The notes: generated by a model not told the origin, from the sequence alone. Positions 10,956 to 24,895 are shown, numbered from the stretch's first letter. The stretch is DNA of 64,000 nucleotides from Laetmonice hystrix (GCA_965235115.1 OZ249451.1:14570001-14634000); one strand, 5' to 3'. Numbers and translations are program-made.

Positions 10956-12959
10956 GAAGACATAAGCTATGCTTAAACAAAAGCTCGTGTTTAAGAAACC
11001 AGGCCTTGAAACGAGACAGATAGTTTTAAACTTACCTTAAGATTTAATCAGTATGATGACGATTACTTCTTAATTATTCACAGCAGCATTGCCGCCGGTT
11101 TGCCTATAATAAACACGTTTTCATATACCACAAAAAAGATCTGCGTCTATATCCAATTTACATCCTGTCAATGCCCACTGTCACGTGAGCAGGAATCTCA
11201 AACTTTCACCCTACTAAACTTGGACCATCATCTTCATCTGTTCACCCTGGCGCTCGACTTGATACGGGTATCTTACAGAGCTTACGACCTCATGACATTC
11301 TAAGGAGATGGTAGTCGCCATGGCGACTCGTTCAACCATCCCCACGCCCTTCACATGCTGAACCGTACCGGTACGAGCGACTCGGGGGTTCCTAACTCCA
11401 CCCCACCCCCACCCCACCCTCCTGGGGTCGTACACTCACACCCCGGGGTCCTAATATTTGTAAATATTGAACCGTCTCCCCGACCCGCCCGTACCCCCGG
11501 CTGGTCTACTGACGTCCTACAGCGGGCCGACTCTCAGCACAAACAAGGGTAACCATCGGGCCCTACCAATCCTACCTCACCAAACAACAACTTGACCGGC
11601 AAAGTCAACACGCTTCCAAGGCGTCACACCACTCAAACAAACTATCCACCGGCCTTGAGAACTTCAAGAGGGCCACAAAAACTTGAGAAAATAAGTGGTA
11701 ATTTGCTAAAGCCTTTAAAATATCGGCTTACTCGTACAGTTAACGTGAGTTATTCTCTTCTGTGATCTACGGTTTCCTGGATTGATCAAACTAAGTAGAA
11801 GAGTGTTCTGACTTTGATAATCCATGGCATGTGACTCACAAGGAACAGATTATAATGGCCTTGAGATTAAATGTCACATCTGGCCAGCGTCTGGCAGCCT
11901 CAACTCAAAGGTGAAGGTCGTTCTAGTTTCCTGACCAACAGTCCCCTTCAAATCACCCCACTGCAACACAGCAACGAACTCTCTAAATAACAGCACGAAA
12001 TTCCATTAGTGGTATGACGAATACTACGCGACAGAACTCCGCATACGGAGTGCATCTGACGGCTCCACATCAGTAGGACCGTCATCCCTACCTGTCCCTC
12101 CGGCAACCTCGATACTGACCCTTGACCTTGGTAAAGGTCACAAGGTCAACCTAATAACCCGACACAGCCAGCGGACCACAGAGGGCTTGCATGACAAGCT
12201 TCCGAGGATCATCTGACTTCATACGACCACCAAACTCGGGCTGCTTCACCACATACCCAGCGCTGACCCCTCCCTCACCTTTACAGTCCACAAAGATGTT
12301 CTACCTTTGCCTTCACAGCACCTTCAGGCATGGAAAATCCAAGGCTGGAGCCTTTTCCATCGAAAATATCATTTGTGAAACGTTCTGAACCCTGTGAGCA
12401 CCATCTAAGTCGGATAAACGTATCCGTATTTGGCCCACATCAGAGGATGCAGACAACTTATTGTAAAATAGCCGACGGAAAATTGGCTGTGATTGCGATG
12501 AAGCAGTTAGAACTGGCATCTGAAGTTAGATGTCCTTGTTGAACTGTTTTATACCTGTGCCAACAGTTAATGAAGTCAGTTTCTCTCCTACTGTTCATTC
12601 AGAGATCGCAGACGGCAAGGTAGGTGCGACTTCAAACAACCGCCGCGCCCCCTGCAGTCCAATCTAAGTACTAGAGTTTTCATCCTCAAGATCTGCATTC
12701 AACTGATATGTGTCAGTGCTTGGCTTCACTCAATCAGTGCACAATTTGGAACCGAACCTGGCCAAGTTGGCTTCATTCTCTGCCAGCTGCTGTCATGTGA
12801 TGATGCCTCCGGCTTGTACAGCTGTCCAAAACAGCAGCAGCAGGAGCAGATGGCAGTGAAAGCTCAACCAAAGCCCCGTCATCGCAAAACACAAGGGATA
12901 CCCATCCCCCACCCAATCGTCTCTGTAATTACGCACCCTAACTACAGACTGAAGACGTT

Positions 12960-12973
12960 GTTACCATGGCAAC
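12960..12973. promoter_or_regulatory. RFX X-box motif GTTACCATGGCAAC
   Basis: Matches the X-box consensus GTYRCCATGGYAAC; motif match only. Confidence 0.45.
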
Positions 12974-14959
12974 ATCCAAAGTAGCACGGGTCTTGTTTCT
13001 CCCTCCTTACAAATGCCTAATAACAGTGCGAGTCGTTGGATTGAGTATAGGGGGCGCCCCTGCTGTGGCCCGGCGAGCGGTCCGACTGTCCAACACTTCC
13101 CTTCTCTTCCGCACTACCCCTTCATCTTCCAAAACCCCTCACCCGACACCAACGCTACATGATATTCGTATTATCGCTACCTCTTTCCTCCACCCCCACA
13201 AAAATCAAATTATCAGTTGTAGCAACAGACTCGTTGGCCGAGAGTTAAGTCTAGCGGCAAAAAAAGAAAAACTATACGAGAAAATCCAGGAAGTACTCTA
13301 AGGAGAATACCTTTCTTCCTCGCTTCTAATCAACATTGACATATTTCCCAGCGCACTTCTATTATTCATAATCGATAGGACTTAGAATAAAGCTAATTTG
13401 GGAGCACAGCACGATTAATATTTATATTTATTTCCACTGCGCGGGGAGGTTTCAGAAACTGTTGTGTTCAGTGATGGATGAACATTGATTGAACAAACTC
13501 GATGTTCACGGGACCAGATTAGAGCATTGGGTCCGTTGGACGAGTGTGTAGTAAACTTGACTTTGATTCTGACAATTTACACACATTTTATTCTGGTAAC
13601 ACTTGTCATTCTGTCTAATTCATCATCATACAACATCAGCCGGGTATCATCATCGTGTATATATGTAATATAAGACATTACATTTCTTCGATTCAAGCCC
13701 GGATATTGTAACCGAACCAAACACCCGACATTACACCATCTTTGGGACATAATATATGATTTCAAATGTACATACCTTGGTGTGTGGACTCAGGTCACGG
13801 GGGTCAAAGGTCAACGGGACCTTGGGGGTTAGAAGTGGGTTTCGGCTGAAACAGACAAAGAATAAAACAAACACGATAAATATTTGTGTCGGCAATATTT
13901 TCAAACTCTGGCCACCATAAGCGAGACATCCCAAACATCTAGTCAACTATATCTAGCCATCTTTGTCTTTGGTGGGACATATAAAATCCGTCCCTGCATG
14001 GAAGCCCGTATCTCCGACTCAAACAGACCAACCCTAGCTCCCTGATACCCTATAAACCGTTCATTTTCTTTTTGATATTTTGAATTCTATTATTTTCATT
14101 CATGCTTAAATCCAGGGTTTGGTAAGATTAAAGAAATGTCCTTTAATAAATTAAAATATGGCAGAAATGAAGCTGGATTTATCAGAGTGTTTCAACATGG
14201 GCGTCAGAGCACGGAGCGCCAATAAATTTCCCAAAGGCACACTGAAGGTCAAACCTTGTGGGGTTTAAGGTCAACCCTCCAAGGGGTCGGACTGGTCAGT
14301 GTGTTATAAGGTCAAAGTCTGACCACATCTTCACTTCAAAACAACTCCGACGTTCCTGTAACATAATTCACAATATCTCACCGTTTCGTATCTGATAAAG
14401 TTTTCCGTATCGGTGTCGTACAACAGTTTCAATCATGCCAACAGCTCTGTCTTCATCGTGGCAGTATCATTAGTTTCAATAGTTTATGACACCAGCATTG
14501 CATCAGAAGTCACTGGGATGACGGCTCGCACGGGAACGATGTTTTTAAAACATCACCAATGGAACCCTCATATGTAAAATGCTGTCACCCTTACATTTAC
14601 ATTTCAATAGGATACTTCCCAAAAGTACATCAAGTTTGATGCTTAGCGACAAATTCATTTAGCCGGAATAAAAGCACCGGGATAGTCTTGGCTTATTGGA
14701 TTTGCATGCCAGCAGTATGGACACTTCGTGTCAGCCATTGCTTTCATACGTGGCAGCACCTGGCATTATTCAAAATTCCATTTTCAATTTACATATTGGA
14801 ATATGTAAATGGCGTGTTAGTGTGCTCCAGGCAAGAGGTGGTTACTGCTGTGTTTAATGGGACACTTCCCAGTAAAAATAATGGAAGGTTGGTAATAGGA
14901 TTAACGGAGAGGGAGACATCTTGTGGAGCCTGCATCCTGACGACAGTCGTACACAGAGA

Positions 14960-15440
14960 CAGGCAACGTTACGGCACAGCTGGATATAAAATACGGGTAC
15001 AGTCAGTCAACGTTACATAGGGGTACAGCCAGACAGTCAGTCAACGTTACTGTACAGCTGGATATAAAATAGGGGTACAGTCAGTCAACGTTACATAGGG
15101 GTACAGACAGTCGGTCAACGTTACGGCACAGCTGGATATAAAATACGAGTACAGTCAGTCAACGTTACATAGGGGTACAGACAGACAGGCAACGTTACGG
15201 CACAGCTGGATATAAAATACGGGTACAGTCAGTCAACGTTACATAGGGGTACAGACAGACAGTCAGTCAACGTTACGGCACAGCTGGATATAAAATACGG
15301 GTACAGTCAGTCAACGTTACATAGGGATACAGACAGACAGTCAGTCAACGTTACTGTACAGCTGGATATAAAATACGGGTACAGTCAGACAGTCAGTCAA
15401 CGTTACTGTACAGCTGGATATATACAGCTGGATATAAAAT
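14960..15440. repeat. Dimeric tandem repeat, 74-78 bp unit, ~6 copies
   Basis: CAGCTGGATATAAAAT recurs at 14977, 15055, 15129, 15203, 15281 and 15359; each unit has two CAACGTTAC subunits; length varies by 4-bp CAGA/CAGT slips. Confidence 0.93.
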
Positions 15441-16196
15441 GGGGGTAACTTCTGCATATCTAACCAATAAATATTACATTTCCACACCACTGCAATCAGT
15501 GCAATGACTTCTTCCGATGATACATAAACTCATAAATATCCCCGCTCCTGTTCTAAAAATTCATAGATTCAAATCATCTAAATTCATTATATCATCGCCT
15601 CTACAAATAACCCTTTCCTATTTACAAATATATAGACTATCGTCACCTATATAGAATCTCTCTTTACACTTCTATAAACGTAATCCCCAGCGATATTTCA
15701 TATAACTGTCCGCCTCTATAGCGCTGTCTCACACTTCCATTATTAAACATGTTTTAATAATCTTCTTGTGCTACGAGAAGAAATTCTTTTAAAGTCCAAA
15801 GAAGTTTCCATTGACAACATTCAATATCGAATTATTCTCTGTAATTAAAGACTCAATAAGGACCTGTGCCTCGGTTGAGCGATATGAGGGGACGTAGCGA
15901 CAGCCTGCTCCCCACTATTACTGTTCCGGCTACCAATGCGCCGAGCCAACATCTCCAGGCAATGAATGGGGACGCTCTCCTAAAATGCCTACCGGCAAAA
16001 TGTTAAGGAGATCCCGGTAGTAGACACAGCAGCCGGGCCCGTGTTTTCTATGGCAACAAGCTTTCTAAGTGGTGCCATTACCTTGGTAACAGGCTACCTC
16101 TCCTGAAAGGTATGCTGCGACTGCCTGAACCACAGCGCTGGCAGCAACGTGATGGTGCCAGAACCCTGCAGGACTCCCAAATGAGTCCGGATTAAC

Positions 16197-16210
16197 GCGC
16201 CACCTGGCGG
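16197..16210 (-). promoter_or_regulatory. CTCF-like motif CCGCCAGGTGGCGC
   Basis: Near-perfect CTCF core; motif match only. Confidence 0.45.
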
Positions 16211-16655
16211 CAATATTCAAAGACGGGGTCTCAAGCCACTGGTGTGTTCTTGGTCAGTCCCATCGGTAAAACGGGGACTAAACCTGTCGGGCTGTGGTGT
16301 GATTAGCAAGGAACACATTCCGTCAAGTGCACCCATGAGAGATTACCACTTGACCAGCACAGGTCCGAGAAAATTGTTCACGGCTGTGCATGGGAAAGTA
16401 ACCTTTTCATTCGCTCAGTAACCAACTAAAAACTTGGAAGGAAAAATACAACACAGTAAACACAACGCTTCGAAAGTCAACATTAATAAAACTAATCCGG
16501 ACTTATACCATCCACTACGTAAATTATATGTTTCACTAAGTTTCGTCCACACCAACATAAGTCTTAAATAAATTTTTTTCTGCTTGCTTGCACTAAATCT
16601 TTTGGACACAGATCTGAATTTCAGATGTTTGAAATAACACTAACCTATGTTTCAG

Positions 16656-16845
16656 CTGTGAAAATACGATTGTTTTAGGTAACGGAGACTTTCTCTGGAC
16701 GAGGTCAAATTTAGGTGACCGCTGGGTGCGGTACTGTGACAACCCAATGTATTACTCAGAATGTGACCGACAATTACAGCGTTACATGGCAACATTACAG
16801 GGACAAAATGGAAATCACACCACTGGTGTGAGGCACGGGAAATAA
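16656..16845 (+). CDS. Possible terminal exon: CENTIVLGNGDFLWTRSNLGDRWVRYCDNPMYYSECDRQLQRYMATLQGQNGNHTTGVRHGK*
   Basis: CTAAC branch point plus tatgtttcag acceptor, then 63 open codons; no recognised domain; could be chance. Confidence 0.25.
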
Positions 16846-17149
16846 AGAAGACATCAAATTGTACCAGAAAGAGGGATAAGAAGAGGAAAAAGTAGCTTGC
16901 TGTCATCTAAGGACGAAAATCTCTTCAGTCATAGAGATTCTCCACGTCAGAGCGGCTTTAGTCTCGAGTTTCCATACGAACCAATTTATGCACACCTTTT
17001 TACCTGGTTCTATTGAAGGATCCCCCCCACTGGCAGACTAAATAACACTACATAACACTGTTGGTACGACCTCCTACAGAACCAGCACTGACTGATATAG
17101 GACTGGAACTACCGGCTTCAGTGTCAGCACTACAAGCTTCAATACCAGA

Positions 17150-17310
17150 CCACTGGCCCCAGTGTCGGACCGACTGGCCCCAGTGTCAACACTACTTGCC
17201 CATTGTCGGCACTACTGTCCCCCAGTGGCAGCACTACTGTCCAACTGTGTCAGCACTACTGTCCAACTGTGTCACCATTAATGAATGGTCCCAGTGTCAG
17301 CACTACTGTT
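17150..17310. repeat. Degenerate ~20-bp tandem repeat (CAGTGTCAGCACTACTGTCC-like)
   Basis: Recurring GTGTC(A/G)GCACTAC(T)GTCC words; ~7 diverged copies. Confidence 0.75.
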
Positions 17311-19994
17311 CAGCAACGATATAAAAAATGCAACGCGGTCTTTTTTCCGATTCTCATGAATATTTACAGCTCGTTTACGCCACCGATTCCTAACCTCCCA
17401 AGGATGGAATAATTAAATAATTATTGTTTTATTGCGTGTGTAAATATTCTTTAGAATCCGCACCGTTCAGATTTTTCCCGTAGACAGGCAGCATCAGCTT
17501 ATATTCTGACATCCTCTCAGCACCGAACGTCAACGTTTGCTGGATGACTGGTTCCACATAGACACAATTTGTCTGGGTCACAAAGTGGCTTCAACATGTA
17601 CTTCACTGCAAGCTTCCATCCTTTAACCTGCACCTAATCAACTGTCACTTGGCACAATAGATCCCTACACAATAGAGCTACATGCCAGAGCCGCTGCATC
17701 TGCCAAGATAACTTTTTTCTTTCATATGTCCTCATACAGCACGCTCCTTGGCTCTGCAGCGGTGGTGGTCGCTACCACCACACATCTTCCGGACTAAAAG
17801 CGTTTCCAACTAAAACATAGACTCAATCGATACTTGAAGCTTTATCCCCACCACTTCACGCCCACCGTGGGATACACTCTCATATCATGCTCCGTCTCAA
17901 GTATAAAGGAACCGTGATTATTCAGCAGGAGTTCCCTTCTGGCTGTTTTACTGTAGGAACAATTATACACGCTAATTCATGCAAGAAGAACCGTAAAATC
18001 GACAGTATAAAACTAGACGGACGACAATGCCTACACCGGCATATCCCAAGAATACTCCATGCATATTTTGTCTTGGCTGAGCCTAAGACAAACGATTATA
18101 CCCAAATGGCTGGGTCTTGACTATAATATTGCCCTTATACACTTGACACACTGTCTTCTGTTCTATGGAACCGCTAACAGGAATGACAGGCACTACTTAA
18201 CGTTCACCTGTTAGATGTGCTTGACCCTACTGTACAGTCCGATCTAAGTACCTTATTGCATGACCTGATTCCACAGGTATACCTGAGTCAGCAGTCCGCT
18301 AAATGTACTTTAGTCTCATCTAAACTATCCTTTTATAACACGTTGGGAAAAAGCACCGAACACAGATACTGAATCCGAGTATTTCGCGCCTTCCATTGGC
18401 AAAAAATACGGAACTGACATTAGGTTGACCGATTAAGTCGTACAAAATAACGACACAGCTACAGTATTTCTTTGCTAGGTATCAGCAATCCAATCAAGAA
18501 CACATACACAAACTTGTAGCACCTGGATACCACAAACATGTACCACGCCTCACCATCTAAACAAAGTATCCAAACTAAACTATTCACGCAGAGTTTATCC
18601 GAGTATATCAACCCAGCATTCCAAGCAAGCACCCTCTCTCCCTCTCCAGCCAGTATCTCAGACCAGATACCCGACCCTCAGACTGTGTCACATGACGAAT
18701 CCCCAAACTAATCACCCCCGACATCTAAGAGTATCATCTCAGCCTGTGCGGGCTAGGCGCCTCATATCAATGAAGATATCTGTAAGTGTTCCCTGCCACA
18801 CGACGGGCGGGCCTGGTCCTGGGCGGCCGGGCCAATAAGCCAGCCAACAAGTCGATTAGCGTTTCCCTCAATCATGCTACCCCCTTGACCCCTGGGGTCA
18901 CGCCCCGCTCCGCTGCTGAATATTAACCCGCGTCAAGAAGGCCCTGCGTGTGTTATGATTCCGCTATAGACATGGTTGAATTCAAAGTGGCCGGCGTGCA
19001 CCTGTATACGGGGTTAGACTATGTCCTAAATCAAAGGTGAATCTTCACTTTTATTGCCTGGCCAATCTTCTGATGTCTCCAGGTGTTTGGGTCTTGCGTG
19101 CCACCCCCTCCTCCCCCGTCTACCCTGAGCTCTGTGCCCCCTCCTCAACTCTCAGCGTTTTACAAGATGATCGATGTCTCCCATTAACACCATCTCTCCC
19201 ATTTTGTACTTTCTGCTGATTGTTCCCGTTCAGCTATAATCCGCGGTCACATGGCTGGCTCCCGGCAGCCAGGCTATACGTGACAGGTGTAACATTTAAA
19301 CATACCTCCCAAATACTTGTACCCCAGACGAGCTGGCGGTCTAACATTCTGTGAAATACAACCTGCGAGTACCATTATTCACAAGGCACACTCGCGTGCC
19401 AATAGTGCCATGGTTGGCCGCGCATACGAGCTTCACCCCCCTCCCGTTTTTTCCCGGGGAATCGGACGGGGTTCACAAACGTCCCCTTGCCTTCAGCGAG
19501 CAGTTCCTCTCTCTAAACACTTCTTAAAAGACTCTTTTTTATCTTGTCTGGCGGCCGACGTTTTGCTGGGGGCATCAATCAAGCGATGATTTACGGGCAA
19601 TCAACAGCCAGAGCCCACCGATGGCGCCCTGTGGCGGCCAAGGCGGCAACTAGAAATCGACTCAATTGATCTAATACTGACACCTGTTCGTAACCAGCCA
19701 AGATCTGACGCCAGCCCTCTTCAAAGCAATACGCCGCCGGCAACCCCCATTCCCATTAACGTGGTAAACGCTTACTTAACAGGTAAAGCAATGAAAAAAT
19801 AACCGCACCTGTGTTAGCAACAATTTTAACACAGTCATTAACATCCATTTAACTTGGATTCACACCTGACCTGACAAGGCAACCCTTCCCGCTACGCATC
19901 AGTGATCGCCTGACATCCCGAGCGGGTGGACTCTATCCTCAGCCATGCGTGCGAGGCCGGGCCGCTACCCAGGCAAGGAGTATGGATAAATTAC

Positions 19995-20135
19995 CAACGA
20001 CATGCGATCCCGAGTACACAAGGCCTCAGCGTAGAGATCGCCCTGCACCTTGGACTGGTGCCAAACGGAGGAAATAAATGCTGCCACGGAGTCTGCCCGT
20101 CGCTCTCCGACCACCTTCTTCCAATCTCCATCATC
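19995..20135 (-). CDS. Candidate 141-nt internal exon: DDGDWKKVVGERRADSVAAFISSVWHQSKVQGDLYAEALCTRDRMSL
   Basis: Acceptor agatctgtttag, donor TTG/gtaatt, exactly 47 open codons, protein-like composition; may belong to gene A. Confidence 0.45.
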
Positions 20136-23067
20136 CTAAACAGATCTGGAGCCATATGTAGCGTCAAAACGTCACATGGATTACGTCATAACGTCACGGA
20201 TTCACGTCACAACGTCAGTGTTTGCTCTTTTCATTGTTGTCCCATATTTCTACCCTTGTGAAGTGTACTTCGTAAACAATCTCAAATAATTATTACAAGG
20301 GTGTTTATCTGCAGGCCTGCAGTGCCGAACAACACTGAAACATGTCCTACCTTTGTTTTCAAAGTCTCCATAAACCACGCATGGCATTTTCCTTTGATCG
20401 AACCTCACAAGGAAAGCAAACTGAAAGGTGGAGGTACCGGAACATGAACTCATTTTGGCACCGACTTCTTTAAGAATCATGTTCAAAGCCGGTCAGGCTG
20501 TCTCCCTTCGCCTCACGTGGCAGCGGACTCTGCTCCTGTGGCAATTGTTTCTCACAACCCGTTATGTTTCCACAGACTTCCACAGACAAGTGGGACTTTG
20601 GTCAATGGAACCAGCGTTCTGGTGGTCTGGGAATAGGTGGTTGGTCGCCAGAACGGGGTGCAGTCAGGGTTGGGCATAATACTTGGGGGTATCAGTGAAA
20701 AGGGAAAGTTGAAACCCGTGGGTCGTGTGTGACGCCGCCATGTCCTGGAACCTTGAATCCTTACAATGGGTCCCCCTGGGTGGAAGATCTCAAGGACTGG
20801 CTTACGCTCCATAAAAATACGCCAACCTTTGCGACATTCTGGACCCTTTCTCCATGCAATAGTTCTATGGCTTTGCGTTCGTTTTTCATTTCAATTTCAA
20901 CGCGAATTTTAGAAAATGAAAGAGCATGCAATAGGTCATATCAAACGTAAGTTATATCCGTTCTTACATAGCGTATTTGGTCAAAAGCTTTCTCTAAATC
21001 ATTATTGTACCTTCCGTCCTTACGGTTGGCTGCCTCACCGGATGCAGACTGCTTAGTAGGTCTTCCAACTCAGGACGGAATCAAATTAATCAAAGTATAA
21101 AAGTGAGCGAGTAATGGTGGTTTTACGCCGTGTTGCCATTCTAAGGCCATCTTCCCGTCGAATTTTAAAAAAGAAGAGAAACCAGAAAATTTGCAATGCC
21201 ATCGGACTTCGAGACACGCGTATCACCTTAACGTTAATCAATAAAAGACATTCACAGAAAACTTGTTTTTAGTGGAACAAAAGATGATGAGCCCTTGAGC
21301 TTCGCGTCCTCTGCTTCCAACCTGCAGCGGCGCCTTGGCCACATTCAAGATAAGAGACCCGCATTCACAGTCAGTGCTGGCACATTGTCACGCAATGTTC
21401 AATTATACCCTTCACTGGCCCGCTCAAGGCTGGGATTGGGATCGGGCTGGAGCGGGATGCTGGGTCGGACCAGGTGGGCCTGGGTGGGTGGCCATGCACG
21501 GGGGAGCTTACCAAGGATAGGCGTCACCTTGAGAGTCACAGGCGTCACACAGGCGTCAAATATTGGAAGAAGAGGCTGAAACTGAAGACGGCCCGGACGC
21601 ATTTTATGGATCTTGCAGAGTTGCTTTTCTTCTTCTCTTCCTATTTTTTCCTTTGAATGGGACTCTTCTGAGGGTATATTTAGCTGTTTCCTTGTAGTCT
21701 ATCTATTGCTAATTTATCGTCCTGGATCTCAATCAGTCAGAGAATCAAGGTTAATTGCGGTAATGAATATAACTCATACAATACTCACCAGGTGGCGTAG
21801 AAACAATGTTATTAATAATGCTCGTTTCCCACTCACATTCCCACTCACGTCCCTCACTGTACGCAGTCTCATAGTAATAAAATAATCTATCACAGCATCT
21901 GGTTTCTTCCCTTTCCCTCTCATCATTTAGTTCTAATTCCAGTTCCATCACTACCATCACACCTAGCCCACTACCATAAGCCTCACCTCCCAGTAAGTTA
22001 ACACCCACCATAAATTGCTCACCTACTTGTATTTCAACACCAACCAACAACTTTACACCTCTCCTGTCATTTCCCTTTGAACAGCGTCATTTCACGATAC
22101 CAGACATAAGGAAACTTGAATAAAAGACAAATTGTGAGGCTAAAACCACTCGATATAACGCATAATTCAAGGGGTGGAAGTATTGGCATGGCTACCACAG
22201 CTGTTGGCTAATAACCTCAGCCGTTTTTGATATTTGCCTGTCGTCCACAGGTTCCGTCACTGTCGGTTTAATGTCTGAGGCCTGTGGATAATGATGGATA
22301 TGCTGGATATTATTATGGAACTTCTGTAGGATATGGATATTTGCCGAGCTCATACAATCTGTATCGACTTAATTAACGTCATATTACGATTTCATTAAAT
22401 TGCTCCTCTCAGGCTGGAATTTTAAAACAACCTTCATGAGGGGCATTGGATGCCCATCGAGCAAGGAACGTTTAACAAACGTTTGCAATGTTAAAATGTA
22501 TGAATAAAACGTTTTAAAACAGAACGACAGGCCGTGATCTACATAAAACATATCCCGAAACCAAAAATATTTACTTAATTTAACTGGAACACTTGAACGC
22601 ATAAATCGTGAAGGAATTTCCTTGGCCTTTCTGCTACCAGCACCACCCAACACTCTTCACGCCAACAGTCGACCTCAGCCAACCTTCCGCGAACCGTCAA
22701 ATACCAAATACGAGGACCTATCAACCCATCAACCCATCAACCACATGACCTCACCTACTGACCTTTGCCCTTTGACCTTAACATCTTTGCAGGTTGGGCG
22801 CAGCGGGGGTGTACGGTTCCAGTATCTGTTTGATCAGGCGTATTGACCTGCATAAGGCGGGATCCCATTGTGGCAGGCGTAGGGCGGGCTGGAGACATAT
22901 TTGTGTGGTGAGACCTGACTTGTGGCTACCCCCAGCCCCCGCCCCCGCCTCCCACCCCCACTCAGTCACATCCTTCTCTCCCACACAGTACACATACACC
23001 ACCTGTACTCGGTGAACCACATTCCAACCCAAACATTGACTCGTGAGGGCACATACGTTAGGGGAGA

Positions 23068-23957
23068 CGTTTGTAGGCTCCGTCTCTCCGGTTTGTAGGC
23101 TCACTCTCTCCGAGTTGTAGGCTCACTCTCCGCTTTGTAGGTTTACTCTCTCCCGTTTGTAAGCTCCCTCTCTCCCATTTGTAAGCTCCCTCTCTCCCGT
23201 TTGTAAGCTCACTTTCTCCCATTTGTAAGCTCCCTCTCTCCCATTTGTAAGCTCACACTCACCAGTTTGTAGGTTCACTCTGCCGTTTGTAGGCTCCCTC
23301 TCTCCCGTTTGTAACCTCACTCTCTCCCGTTTGTAAGCCCCCTCTCTTCCGTTTGTAAGCTCCCTTTCTCCCGTTTGTAAGCTCCCTCTCTCCCGTTTGT
23401 AAGCTCACTCTGCCGTTTGTAGGCTCCCTCTCACCCGTTTGTAGGCTCCCTCTCACCCGTTTGTAGGCTCCCTCTCACCCGTTTGTAGGCTCCCTCTCTC
23501 CCGTTTGTAAGCTCCCTCTCTCCCGTTTGTAAGCTCCCTCTCCCGTTTGTAGGCTCACTCTCCCGTTTGTAGGCTCACTCTCCCGTTTGTAGGCTCACTC
23601 TCTCCCGTTTTTAAGCTCACTCTCTCCCGTTTGTAAGCTCACTCTCCCGTTTGTAACCTCACTCTCTCCCGTTTGTAACCTCACTCTCTCCCGTTTGTAA
23701 GCTCCCTCTCTCCCGTTTGTAACCTCACTCTCTCCCGTTTTCAAGCTCACTCTCTCCCGTTTGTAAGCTCCCTCTCCCGTTTGTAACCTCACTCTCTCCC
23801 GTTTTTAAGCTCATTCTCTCCCATTTGTAAGGTCCCTCTCTCCCGTTTGTAAGCTCATTCTCTCCCGTTTGTAGGCTCACTGTCTCCCGTTTGTAAGCTC
23901 ATTCTCTCCCGTTTGTAGGCTCACTGTCTCCCGTTTGTAAGCTCCCTCCCTCCCGTT
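23068..23957. repeat. Minisatellite, 21-23 bp unit CCGTTTGTAAGCTC(C/A)CTCTCTC, ~40 copies
   Basis: Direct reading; length variation lies in the CT tract; strong pyrimidine/purine strand asymmetry. Confidence 0.96.
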
Positions 23958-24895
23958 CAAACACCATCCACGCACCTGACTTAGTGCATTCTGTTTGTAA
24001 ACACCACGTGGAGTTTTAGCACTACAATATGGACCCTTCAAATGGGCCATACACTGGGTATGATTCACAGGCGTGGGAAAGTATGTCTAACTGTGGTCAG
24101 TGTGGTATACATCTACGGAGTTCTCTATATACTGAATAGGTGATGTCACCTTTATCTGGAGTTAGCAATCACTGTAATGTCATTAGTAAGGGGGGGGCAA
24201 TGCCCCCCCCTACACACACACACACAAACCTGTGTCACTACAAATATTAAATATTTTTTCGGCAGCTAAAGAAGAAATGCCTGTGGACAGTTGTCAGAGT
24301 TGGCGGGCGGGAACGCAATGGCCGGGCCTTCTCCATACCGCAATAACTGGGTCACAATAAACATAAGGCTGTCAGTAGGTCATAAAGACATAAACTGGGT
24401 CTTCTGTATTAGCCCTACTACTATAACTGACAACATTCAAATAAAATTCAGCACTCCCAGTAATGTCTTTTTACTGATGATTAACCTGAATCTGGAGGTG
24501 ATTCTACCTATGGTCTTGTCCAATTTACCTGAGATAAAATTTGTTGACCCTCCTACAACAATATCGCACCATTATCATCTGGTAAAGTTCAGCAAATAGC
24601 TATTAGCAAATAGCTAATAGCAAATATAAATATGATTGAACCGTGCGGATGATGAGACAAGGTATCCAGAATCATTTGGCACCTCGAAGAAAAACGAAAA
24701 GTAAAAGAACTGAGAGTGAAAAGAAGTAGACAATAGCTCTGCTATATGAGACGCTTGCGGTGATGGTGTCGATAACGTGGAGGGGCAAGGAGGGAGCTCC
24801 AGTATGTAGGTCAGCATCACCCCTTCAGTGATGTCAAGAGACAGAGACATCTCCAGGAGTGTGACAGAACAGTGCGACCATTCACACCAACATGC

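Noticed and set aside
12780-12870. Signal-peptide-like MTGLWLSFHCHLLLLLLFWTAVQAGGIIT on the minus strand
   Set aside because: It ends in a stop with no donor site; the Leu run derives from a (CAG)n microsatellite.
23123-23792. ORFs with repeated LQTGERE motifs
   Set aside because: These are translations of the 21-23 bp minisatellite, whose variable unit length breaks the frame.
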